Source: a virus
Taxonomy: Duplodnaviria; Heunggongvirae; Uroviricota; Caudoviricetes
DNA length: 64,000 nucleotides
Reading direction: 5' to 3' (one strand)
IMG/VR virus record: IMGVR_UViG_3300028886_000029
Location: 206,007 to 270,006 of that record
Each line of letters starts with the position of its first letter. The first letter of the stretch is position 1. Position numbers and translations under genes: made by a program. Below, piece after piece: positions 40,141 to 49,212 of this stretch. Below the pieces are notes generated by a model. The model was not told the DNA's origin. It saw nothing but the letters and a program-made list of their open reading frames with translations, and searched no databases.

Positions 40141-41274
40141 TTAATAATTGTTTTCCACCTTTGATGGTAATGCGGTAAAACTGTTTACACCATACTTTTT
40201 CAATATATCAGCAGCAAATCTCATTATATTCAATGAATCATCGTCACCAACCTCATGATTAAGTTTCCTTAAAGGCGCATTACATGTGTTTGACAATAAA
40301 TTACAACTTTCGGCATATGAATTTCCCCATCTTCCACTTAGTTCCTTTCTTACAATATTAATGTATTTGGCTAAATTATATTTTTTTAATGTTGTGGCTA
40401 TTATTTTATCCTTGTCGTTACTCCTATATATCTCACCAAGTGTTAAAACATTAAACAATTCTGTAAGTACATTAATTTTCTTTCTTTCACCCATGAATCC
40501 CTGTGATGTCCGATATGCCTCAGTCTCATTGTACTCTTTATTATCACCACCTTCATATGCTTTATCATATAATGATTTCATTTGGTCATTAATGGTGTTT
40601 TCAGTCATATAATTAAAGTCTTTGAGATTATTGTAAACATTTGTGTTTATTTTCAATCTTTCGGAACCAAGAGTATAAATCAATGCGGCCTTTTCTAATT
40701 CGTTATTAATCCTTTTGTTAATATCATCAATATATTTTTGTATTTTAGTGTTTTCCAATCTATCGGTTCTTGGGTCAATATAGACATCAAGCCTTGTTAT
40801 ATATTTAGAGAATTCAGGTATTGACGGTTCATAAGACACAATTCTGTCTTCCATTTCAAAATTATGGTGTGTTTGCCTTGACCGTGTTAAACCTCTACCG
40901 TAAGTGCTATCATTTTCAGGTTTGTAATAACTTTGTTTACCCATGTTCGTACCCCAATAATCAATTGGTTTACCTGTAAGATTGTTCATGATTTTTTGCC
41001 CATCAATTTGTATTCTCACACAACTACCCATATGTCCAGCATAACCTAATTCCTTACTTCTACTTCTTTGTGTTGACAAATAAAATAGCCTTTTGTTATC
41101 ATATGCGTCAGAAGAATTGGTGGACATTGTTAAATAAATCTCATTTTTCTTAAGTATATTGAGACAATTTTCTAAACTGGTAAAATGATAAACTATATTA
41201 CTAATTCCCTCAGAAAGTATCTTTTTAACACTTTCCGTTACCATATATAAAATATCACCTTCACTAAATACCAT
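40141..41274 (-). CDS. Leader-bearing ADP-ribosyltransferase-fold protein
   Basis: After the leader: VYHFT...ILK..., YLSTQRS, RIQIDG, EMEDRI, an H..S..ExE arrangement typical of ART folds. Confidence 0.5.
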   Translation of the reverse strand: MVFSEGDILYMVTESVKKILSEGISNIVYHFTSLENCLNILKKNEIYLTMSTNSSDAYDNKRLFYLSTQRSRSKELGYAGHMGSCVRIQIDGQKIMNNLTGKPIDYWGTNMGKQSYYKPENDSTYGRGLTRSRQTHHNFEMEDRIVSYEPSIPEFSKYITRLDVYIDPRTDRLENTKIQKYIDDINKRINNELEKAALIYTLGSERLKINTNVYNNLKDFNYMTENTINDQMKSLYDKAYEGGDNKEYNETEAYRTSQGFMGERKKINVLTELFNVLTLGEIYRSNDKDKIIATTLKKYNLAKYINIVRKELSGRWGNSYAESCNLLSNTCNAPLRKLNHEVGDDDSLNIMRFAADILKKYGVNSFTALPSKVENNY

Positions 41275-41278
41275 ACTC

Positions 41279-41470
41279 TTACTTCTCTAAACATTTTATA
41301 CAACCAACACCATTTAAGTGCTGATAAACAGTCTGATAAAACAAACCATGAATGGGGCAAACAATTGGTACAGGTGTGTCATTTTCTAATATGGTGTCAG
41401 GGACACCGCCGTAACCGTACTTGTTTCCATGAACCAAAACCGCTTTGGCTATAAACTCATCTCTTCCCAT
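41279..41470 (-). CDS. Stand-alone single zinc-binding repeat of the endonuclease repeat family
   Basis: EFIAKAVLVHGNKYGY...CPIHGLFYQT...HLNGVGCIKC; no nuclease domain. Confidence 0.75.
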   Translation of the reverse strand: MGRDEFIAKAVLVHGNKYGYGGVPDTILENDTPVPIVCPIHGLFYQTVYQHLNGVGCIKCLEK

Positions 41471-41473
41471 GCC

Positions 41474-42613
41474 TTAAATATACATTAAACCAAGAGGTGT
41501 TTTTTGTTGAATTTTAAGTTGAGCGTCAACTAAATCAGCATGTTCCTTCATCATGTTTACCGGTCTTAACCTTTCCAATCTTTTTTGCAGATTATCCATT
41601 GTCTTGTCATATTCCTCTTTACCTTGCTGAATTAACATTTGATAATCCATTGTCATTTCAGCCTGTGGAATATTAACTTTACCACTGAATTTACCTCGTA
41701 TAAGACCCAATGTTTGTTTTGCCTTGGCAACTAATAACTGTCTGACAATTGTTTTTGCAGGGTCATTTAAAAACGCATAGTCAATATCTTTCATTGACAC
41801 TTGGTCAGGTCTTAAAATAACATCATTGGCGTGAAATCTTTCACACTCATCGGCATCCTCAGGACTGGTGGTATCATAATAAGTATACCAAACCTCACAA
41901 CCACACAAGCCGAAGATATTTCCATGTATACCACTAAAACCAAAAGATAACCTACTACCAGGTGTGGACATTAAGTGGATTAAATGTGTTCCGTCAGGTC
42001 CTGCTGTAACTTTGTACGTTAAATCACTACTGAACAAACTTCGTTTGAAATTTAAATCCGCCGCAGTATAAGCAATGTCAGATACCTGTGTGGTATAAAA
42101 ACCACTACCTCTACCATAACCGGCAGGAAAACCAATAGGTCCCATACCAGGCATCACACCTAATCCTGCGCTATATGCCCCATTACCAAATATGGCAATG
42201 TCAGTCATGGACGGGTTAACCCACATAACTTTATTAACTGTTCTTCCTGAAGGGACAACATAAACCTGTTTACCTGTCTCTATTTTGAAAAAATCCTTTT
42301 TCAGTTCCCATGGTCCCTCTTGTTGCAAACCAACCTCTTTTGAAAACCAATAAGAATAGTCTTTGGTTAAATCCAATGTTCTCATCATGAACCCTCTTGC
42401 TAATGCGGCGTTGTCAGCGGAGTACTTACCGTAAAAAGACATCCAATTGTTGGTGATTATCTCATTTTGTACAACTTCCGAGTAATCACCAATGGAAACA
42501 TTTAACAAATTACAAAGTATCTCATCTGTAAGTTCAACCGCACGAACAGGTGCCCCCAAAATGCTTCTTACGGTGTTAAACAATTCATTTATTTCGTTAG
42601 TAACTTTAGTCAT
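41474..42613 (-). CDS. Neck/head-tail adaptor protein (T4 gp13-like)
   Basis: RSILGAPVRAVELTDE; AKAKQTLGLIRGKFSG.V.IP. Confidence 0.85.
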   Translation of the reverse strand: MTKVTNEINELFNTVRSILGAPVRAVELTDEILCNLLNVSIGDYSEVVQNEIITNNWMSFYGKYSADNAALARGFMMRTLDLTKDYSYWFSKEVGLQQEGPWELKKDFFKIETGKQVYVVPSGRTVNKVMWVNPSMTDIAIFGNGAYSAGLGVMPGMGPIGFPAGYGRGSGFYTTQVSDIAYTAADLNFKRSLFSSDLTYKVTAGPDGTHLIHLMSTPGSRLSFGFSGIHGNIFGLCGCEVWYTYYDTTSPEDADECERFHANDVILRPDQVSMKDIDYAFLNDPAKTIVRQLLVAKAKQTLGLIRGKFSGKVNIPQAEMTMDYQMLIQQGKEEYDKTMDNLQKRLERLRPVNMMKEHADLVDAQLKIQQKTPLGLMYI

Positions 42614-42655
42614 AATGCCATATTTTTATATAAATAGTTGTTTTCTTTTTAAAAA

Positions 42656-44560
42656 TTATTTAATTAACCACCTATAGGCATCAATAATTGTGTTACCCAC
42701 TTTGGTTGTTGTGTGGTTTGTATATATCGGTAAATATGTTTTGTTTGGCTCAGCCGAAATGGTGGTGTTTCTCTTTTCTTTTTCCTGATATTTATCAAGT
42801 TGTATTCTTTTTGTGGCATTAATCCAAGCCTGTAAGAAACCAGCGTCTCTTTCTCTTGCTTGTTGTAAATTATTGAAATGAAATTTATAAACAAACATAC
42901 CCATGGCCAAACAAGTAAGTGTATCATCATGACACCCGTCCTGATGGTCTTGTCTACCGTTTTTAAATATCCAAGTGTCTAACTCTGATATGACTCTTGT
43001 GCTTCTTATCTTAATTTCATTGGTTCTAATCATGTTAGCAAAATGCGCCAACATCTGAAACCTTACTGAACTACTATGAAAACCAGGTAATTTACCGTCA
43101 TTGGTTAATTGTAACGAAGAAGCGTCTCTTTGTATGGTATATGTTTTAAGATTAGGGTCATCATAATACAAATTTGTATAACCTAAGTTTAATAATGTCA
43201 AAACTGTTGAATCACCATAACCACCAATACACTCAACAACAGCAAACGCTTCATTATATAACATTCCATACCAATAAGCAAGCTCACCAAGGTTATCACC
43301 AGTTATTTTACCATTGTATTCAAGGACTTGTTCAGCACAAGGTAAACCATTGTCATCAACACCATCCAAATCAACAATTTCAAGCGCGGAACGGTCATCA
43401 CTATCTCCACGACTTGGGTCAATTGGCATGATATATCTATGACCTGGAATAGGCTTTTTCCAAACCCTTGTGTCTTCCAGATGAAACATATCACCATCAT
43501 CTGATTTGGGTAATGGCTCTCTTACATTTAATTTTTCCTGCATGTCAATGTACTCAGGTTCCACAACATTAGACGCTGAACCTAAGAATGACACATCCAA
43601 CTCCTGAGCGATTTTTTGCTCATCATTGTTAAACTGTTGGCACATTTTGATGTACCAAGGAGACCTTGGTGACCAACCGTCTTTCGTCATTTGTGTCCAA
43701 TGGTCATTGTCCCATTTAACATCACCTTCTTTGTTTAGTAGCGGTTCTTTAAATATCTCAATTTCACCGGTTTCTTTGTTTTTCCTTGTCCACTCTAAAA
43801 ACTTATTGTATCTTGGGTCTTGGTACCATTTTAGTTCAACAAGTTCAAAATTGTTCCAATCAGAAGTTCCTTTTAGTGCTGCTCTCCTGCATGTTTCATA
43901 ATACAATTGGTCTTTACCGTTAGGGGTAGAAATCATAATCGTATGACCACCAGTTGAAATTGTTGGTACGGCTGAGGCATAAACGTCCTTACCGTTTTCA
44001 ATAAAAGCAGCTTCATCAAACACCAACCATGTAACACCGCCAACACCTCTGGAAGCATCAGGGCCTGATGACCTTGCGACAACTTTACATCCGTTTTTTA
44101 ACCTTAACTCTTTATTGTTACAGACATCAAAAATAACATTTTTGTTTTCCGGTGGTTTAAGAATATCATAACCTTTATCAAAAAAGTCATCACCCCACAT
44201 CCATAACGGAAATTGAAGTAAAAAATCCCTCACTTTAAAAAGAAACTGTTGTGCCAAATCCAAAGTATTACCAATACATAGAACAGTTTGTGGCATATCT
44301 TTATCCGCAAGGCACATCTCACATGAAATAAAAGCACTTGCGGTTGTTGTAATACCTGCTTGACGTGGCTTAGTGGTGACAACGTTATGTCCACTTGCAA
44401 AAGCGTGACATAAGTCTTGTTGTCTTGGAAACAGTTTGAAATTTATTTCCCTACCTTGAGTGGCATCATATGTTTTAAGAAAATTTTGAATCATATAAAT
44501 TCTACTTTTGTCCCTAAAACATTTGATGTACTCAGTCTGTAAATACCTAATATCTACCAT
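42656..44560 (-). CDS. terL: Terminase large subunit (T4 gp17-like)
   Basis: LFPRQ, KPRQAGITT (deviant Walker A), VFDEAAF, ISTPNG, nuclease DPSRGDSDD and HDD. Confidence 0.95.
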   Translation of the reverse strand: MVDIRYLQTEYIKCFRDKSRIYMIQNFLKTYDATQGREINFKLFPRQQDLCHAFASGHNVVTTKPRQAGITTTASAFISCEMCLADKDMPQTVLCIGNTLDLAQQFLFKVRDFLLQFPLWMWGDDFFDKGYDILKPPENKNVIFDVCNNKELRLKNGCKVVARSSGPDASRGVGGVTWLVFDEAAFIENGKDVYASAVPTISTGGHTIMISTPNGKDQLYYETCRRAALKGTSDWNNFELVELKWYQDPRYNKFLEWTRKNKETGEIEIFKEPLLNKEGDVKWDNDHWTQMTKDGWSPRSPWYIKMCQQFNNDEQKIAQELDVSFLGSASNVVEPEYIDMQEKLNVREPLPKSDDGDMFHLEDTRVWKKPIPGHRYIMPIDPSRGDSDDRSALEIVDLDGVDDNGLPCAEQVLEYNGKITGDNLGELAYWYGMLYNEAFAVVECIGGYGDSTVLTLLNLGYTNLYYDDPNLKTYTIQRDASSLQLTNDGKLPGFHSSSVRFQMLAHFANMIRTNEIKIRSTRVISELDTWIFKNGRQDHQDGCHDDTLTCLAMGMFVYKFHFNNLQQARERDAGFLQAWINATKRIQLDKYQEKEKRNTTISAEPNKTYLPIYTNHTTTKVGNTIIDAYRWLIK

Positions 44561-44698
44561 AATAAGTTATTTTTCCTTTATTAATAAATATATTAAATAG
44601 TATTAATTTTGTTTTTTTTCTTTAAATTTTATATTTTTGAAAAAAAAAAGTTGTAAACACAGATAAAGGTATATTTATATTAAAAACAAAAAAAAAAT

Positions 44699-45655
44699 AT
44701 GAAAACACAACTGAATGAAACAATTGATTTGATGAAAAGAATGAATCTTCTTGAAGGAACAACACCCAGACAACAGGTAACAAGGGATGAGATTATTGAC
44801 ATCTTAAATAAACAAGATGAAAACGGAGGGGGTACATATGCTTCATTTATATATGTAAAACCTCAGTCTTTTTACACGACAAGAAAAAATTGGCGTAAGG
44901 ATGATGTCAGCAAAGCACTTGCCAATTACACTGAAATGGACAATGAACATTGGTACCCACACGTTAAAAAATTTAACGATGACGAAAACATTAAAAAATT
45001 AAGTGGTATTGATGGTATAATTGTGACAACAAGGTATAATGTCCACTGGACAACACCTGAAAGTTATAAGAAAGCATATTCTGATTATTCAGAAAAATTA
45101 CACAATCTCAGAATGAGAAACGGTATTGGGATGGAAAGTAATGGTATGCTTGGTGATAACCATAACCAAAGACAAGAAAGTGATTACGGTCCACAAGCGA
45201 ACCAAACAGGTAAACTTTCAAAAGATTTTAATTTAGCGGGTATGACAACAAAACCGAAATCAACATGTTATGTTGTTGATAGTGAAGGCCATGTTAAGGG
45301 TGGCATTCCTGATGATGTAATTAAAGCGATGAACAAACCTTATTCCGCACCTGCGCCTGAAAGGGGTGTATCTGATGTGTTATCAGGTGAGGCACTTGAG
45401 GCTTATATGAAAGCAAAAGCCGAACTTGACAAAACCTTTAGTCCAAGAAACTTCTTGTTTGATAGGATTCTGTCTATTGTGGCAACGGTTAACGGCACAT
45501 CATATTACTACATTAATGACGCTATTAAATCTGAAATCAAGGCTAAATCAGACATTATGGTTAACCCACAGGACATGCAAAAAATAGCGATTGAGCAACT
45601 TTCCGATTCATTTAAGGAAATTGCTGACTATGACCCTAATATTTATAAAAACTAA
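44699..45655 (+). CDS. Hypothetical protein whose N-terminus resembles the scaffold C-terminus
   Basis: MKTQLNETIDLMKRMNLLEG; both promoter types upstream. Confidence 0.75.
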   Translation: MKTQLNETIDLMKRMNLLEGTTPRQQVTRDEIIDILNKQDENGGGTYASFIYVKPQSFYTTRKNWRKDDVSKALANYTEMDNEHWYPHVKKFNDDENIKKLSGIDGIIVTTRYNVHWTTPESYKKAYSDYSEKLHNLRMRNGIGMESNGMLGDNHNQRQESDYGPQANQTGKLSKDFNLAGMTTKPKSTCYVVDSEGHVKGGIPDDVIKAMNKPYSAPAPERGVSDVLSGEALEAYMKAKAELDKTFSPRNFLFDRILSIVATVNGTSYYYINDAIKSEIKAKSDIMVNPQDMQKIAIEQLSDSFKEIADYDPNIYKN

Positions 45656-45658
45656 ATT

Positions 45659-46054
45659 ATGTCAAAAGAGAAAAAATATCAGGAACTCATGAAAAAATAT
45701 GAGGAACTAGAAAAAAAACTTGGTGTTATTGAAGACGACTGTGCGAAAAAAAACATGCCGTTTGACGATATGTATAAAGAAACATACGACATAAGAAACG
45801 AAATGTTTAGCATATATCAGGAAGCAAGACTGTTACAAGAGCCAACAATTGAGTTTGGTAAAACATGGAAAGGCTCACTGCACACAATGGATGAGTTCAA
45901 GGAAATGTGTCTTAATAACGAAATTACTGACAATGATGGATATGGCTATTATGCCACAGAAATAGGAAAAAGCAATATCTTGATTATGCCTTCGGATATA
46001 TTGGAAAATAAATATAGAACCGATTTCTCACATGTGATTTGGTTTGGAAAGTGA
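45659..46054 (+). CDS. Hypothetical protein
   Basis: 131 aa, ending in a terminator. Confidence 0.75.
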   Translation: MSKEKKYQELMKKYEELEKKLGVIEDDCAKKNMPFDDMYKETYDIRNEMFSIYQEARLLQEPTIEFGKTWKGSLHTMDEFKEMCLNNEITDNDGYGYYATEIGKSNILIMPSDILENKYRTDFSHVIWFGK

Positions 46055-46074
46055 CACTAACAGTGTCACTTTTT
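46048..46074 (+). terminator. Intrinsic terminator
   Basis: AAAGTGACACT-AAC-AGTGTCACTTT followed by T-tract. Confidence 0.85.
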
Positions 46075-46104
46075 CTTTTATGGAACTATTTATAAACAAA
46101 AAAA

Positions 46105-46527
46105 ATGAAAAAAATTAAAATCAATAACACAAATGTTTATTTAAATAGTTTAATACCATTTAAAGGCTACATTGCCATGAACCTTTTTGGCTTGATATTC
46201 TGGAGAAAAGATTGTGAAAATTTCATTAATAATCCTTATTATACAAATTATGTTAGGGCAACAGTTAACCATGAGACAATACATAAAGAGCAAATTAAGG
46301 ATTTCGCAATACCTTTCTCTTTCTTTGAACCACTCCAAATACTTGTGGGGTCACTGTTCTTCTATCCGTTTTATTTTATGAATTGGCTGTTTAATATTTT
46401 TACATCACCTAAAAAAGCATACAAAAACATATGTTTTGAAAGAGAAGCCTATAATCACGAATACGATTTTGACTATTTGAAACAGAGAAAACACTTTCAA
46501 TTTCTAAAGGAAAAAAGAAAAAAGTAA
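46105..46527 (+). CDS. Small HExxH-motif protein with hydrophobic segment
   Basis: NHETIH..Q and AYKNICFEREAY motifs. Confidence 0.65.
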   Translation: MKKIKINNTNVYLNSLIPFKGYIAMNLFGLIFWRKDCENFINNPYYTNYVRATVNHETIHKEQIKDFAIPFSFFEPLQILVGSLFFYPFYFMNWLFNIFTSPKKAYKNICFEREAYNHEYDFDYLKQRKHFQFLKEKRKK

Positions 46528-46547
46528 CACAATATTGTGTTACTTTT
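46520..46547. terminator. Bidirectional terminator (perfect 28-bp palindrome)
   Basis: AAAAGTAACACAAT|ATTGTGTTACTTTT between convergent genes. Confidence 0.8.
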
Positions 46548-46572
46548 ATTGTTTTTAATAGTAAATATACTT

Positions 46573-47493
46573 TTACCTTTTGAACTTCTTTTCGGTTTTG
46601 TTTTCCCTTTTAGGGTAATCATAAACCGTGTTCAACTCAAGAAATTTTTTCCTTAAATATTTGGTTTCCCTTTTGTCTCTTCCAAGAACATAAGCATATT
46701 TATGTTTGCTTGGAAAATATATCTTTTCCGCCTTTTTGTACATTTCTTTGGAATAATCCCTCAGTTTCTTTTCCACATCATCGGGAATATTTTCCCATAA
46801 TACACATTGGTCTGTATTCCAATTTTTTTGCCATTCGATACCCAAATCCTTAGCGTATCTCTTATACATACTCCTTGCCCTAAACGCTCTGTCAGATATC
46901 AGAACATTTGGATTATACGGGTTAACACATCTTACTGTCGTACCGCTACCTTGTCCCAAATAATAAAAATTAAGACCTTGGTAAATACTGCCAATCTCTT
47001 TGGCTTGTGGGTCAGAATAACAAGTGAATAACCTATACTGTGTGTTGTCCACCATCCATTTCATCGCCCACATTAAAAACTTACTACCCAAATTCATTGG
47101 ACACCATGACGCTGACGCACCTCTTATTATAAGTCTCTCAATATTCTTCGTGTCCTCACCCAATAATTTGGAAAAAGCATTTGGCATTCCCATTATTACA
47201 ATACCCCCTAAAATACCTCTATATGTGGCAGAAAACCAATGTGTCGGAAAATTACCATCACCAATACCCCCCAACCACTCATACCTTTCAATAAACCGTA
47301 TGGCCTTATCTTTTTCCTCTTTTGTTGTTATAACCTTAAAAACAAATTCATCAAGATTTATGGAGTTAATGAAATCATCATCCCAACCCAATGTCTTTTT
47401 GTCCTCCTCAAGCGTGTCAATCCTCCTTTGATATTGATAACACCAATCCTTATCGTAATTTTTTATTTTCTCTAAAAGTTTTATGTCACTCAT
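46573..47493 (-). CDS. Mom-like GNAT-fold DNA modification protein
   Basis: FIERYEWLG...P.N.GSKFL.WAMK...TCYSDPQAKEIGSIYQGLNFYYLG resembles the Mu Mom family motif Y[AS]D.....G.IYQA.NF.Y.G. Confidence 0.7.
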   Translation of the reverse strand: MSDIKLLEKIKNYDKDWCYQYQRRIDTLEEDKKTLGWDDDFINSINLDEFVFKVITTKEEKDKAIRFIERYEWLGGIGDGNFPTHWFSATYRGILGGIVIMGMPNAFSKLLGEDTKNIERLIIRGASASWCPMNLGSKFLMWAMKWMVDNTQYRLFTCYSDPQAKEIGSIYQGLNFYYLGQGSGTTVRCVNPYNPNVLISDRAFRARSMYKRYAKDLGIEWQKNWNTDQCVLWENIPDDVEKKLRDYSKEMYKKAEKIYFPSKHKYAYVLGRDKRETKYLRKKFLELNTVYDYPKRENKTEKKFKR

Positions 47494-47520
47494 AATATAA
47501 AATTTTTGTAAAAATATAAA

Positions 47521-49065
47521 TTATTTCTTGTTTTCCCAAACATATTTAATTAAACCACAATCCCAAATTCTATCATAACCTAATTTCCTTGCCATCTCAG
47601 TTTCTGTCATGGTAAGTGGCAAACCGTATTTTTTGTGAAGTATTTGCTTTCTGAAATTAAATTTGTGAATCCTCTTACAGTGTCCGTCTGTATATCTATA
47701 ATCAGGCTTTAATATTTTATCCTCTCTAAAACCCATTTTTGTGTATAAATTTTCTTTCTCATTAAAACACCATCTTCTGTCCAAAAATGATTTTATTTTT
47801 GCCGGTTTATAATCACTAATGAAATGTTTTAATATTTTTGATGCAATACCAGGACAAGTATAATTGGTATTAGTCGCAAACCTACTTAAGTTCCACCAAC
47901 CGTTGTTTTCATTTAAAAAAGACATAACACCAACTAGTTCATTATTAAAATATGCGCCATAACTAACAGTACTACCAACGAATCCTTGTATGTGGTATTT
48001 ATTTAGGAAATCTTTAACTGTATCTAAATTGTTTATTACTTTAATTTCACATTTTCTTCCGTATGCCTTTGTTTTATTGGAAGAACAGCCAAGAATGTGC
48101 TCTATTTTCTCCAAAACAATATCTTTGTGTTCTAAATACTCATCCTCAAAAATATGAATTAAATGTACTCCCTTTTCAATACATTTGAGTGTTTTGTCTA
48201 AATGATAATACCTGTCTTTATTATACTTTTCGGAGTGCCAATTTATACCATCAAACTCAAAACCGATATTTAATTTAGGCACAAAAATATCAATCTCTTT
48301 TCCGTTCAGTATTGACGTGTTCCTTTGCTCAACATTATTTTCACCAACTAAATTTTTTATAAAAACATATATTTCATTTTCAGCAATTGACAAATGATTA
48401 CCACATTTTGGACAACTTTTACCCATTAAAAACAAATCAGGTGATGTCATGAACTCGCCATGTTCAACACCCTTATTGTTTTTACAATGACAAATTACAC
48501 AAACCTTGGTTTTACTGTTTATGTAGTTAACTTTACTGTAATCGTATTTGTCACCATAAACCTCTTTTGCTTTTTGTATAAAAATTTCAGTTGTATACCT
48601 TTGTTTCTCACTTTGTTTTCGAACCCCAATTTCAGGGTGTGTACAACCTTTTAAATGTACAACCGGTTCTTGCCAAAATTCACCATATTCCGTACCATCA
48701 GGTCTTAAATCATGTGATATGATTTTTACTTTAGTATGCATGTTCACATATTTTACCTCTGAATAGTCCAAATTTTCACCTTTATGTACTTCTTTAAAAC
48801 GCCTTATTATGTCTTCTTGTTTGGTGCGTTTTGATAAAGAAATTTTTTTACCCTTTTTTTGTGGATGCCCTTGTCCCTTTAAGAAATTACAAGGTAATAT
48901 TTTATATTCACCATATGTGTTCCCATTATCATCTAAGTCATTGTCAATAATAGTCACATGTGTTCTGTTGTTAACATAAAACACCTTACTATAATCCAAA
49001 TTTTCATTTGAATGGACAATTTTTGCTTTTTCTATGAATTTAATTTGTTTTTCGTTTTGTGTCAT
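47521..49065 (-). CDS. Hef-like homing endonuclease: three repeats, PD-(D/E)xK/Vsr-like nuclease and GNAT-like domain
   Basis: DYSKV.Y repeats; EIDIFVP..NIGFEFDG..WHS; FLNKYHIQG...LVGVMSF...LSRFA...GIASK...DRRW; RIWDCG. Confidence 0.75.
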   Translation of the reverse strand: MTQNEKQIKFIEKAKIVHSNENLDYSKVFYVNNRTHVTIIDNDLDDNGNTYGEYKILPCNFLKGQGHPQKKGKKISLSKRTKQEDIIRRFKEVHKGENLDYSEVKYVNMHTKVKIISHDLRPDGTEYGEFWQEPVVHLKGCTHPEIGVRKQSEKQRYTTEIFIQKAKEVYGDKYDYSKVNYINSKTKVCVICHCKNNKGVEHGEFMTSPDLFLMGKSCPKCGNHLSIAENEIYVFIKNLVGENNVEQRNTSILNGKEIDIFVPKLNIGFEFDGINWHSEKYNKDRYYHLDKTLKCIEKGVHLIHIFEDEYLEHKDIVLEKIEHILGCSSNKTKAYGRKCEIKVINNLDTVKDFLNKYHIQGFVGSTVSYGAYFNNELVGVMSFLNENNGWWNLSRFATNTNYTCPGIASKILKHFISDYKPAKIKSFLDRRWCFNEKENLYTKMGFREDKILKPDYRYTDGHCKRIHKFNFRKQILHKKYGLPLTMTETEMARKLGYDRIWDCGLIKYVWENKK

Positions 49066-49155
49066 GAAACAATAACTATATTACAAATATATTAATAAAT
49101 ATTGACAGAACAAAAAAAAACACTAATATTGTGAAACAACTAAATTATAAATAAA

Positions 49156-49186
49156 AAGAGGTCTCTGACACATTCAGAGACCTCTT
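49156..49186 (-). terminator. Terminator after the major capsid gene
   Basis: AAGAGGTCTCTGA-CACAT-TCAGAGACCTCTT with T-tract on the minus strand. Confidence 0.88.
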
Positions 49187-49212
49187 CTAAAACATTATTA
49201 ATCAAATACTTA

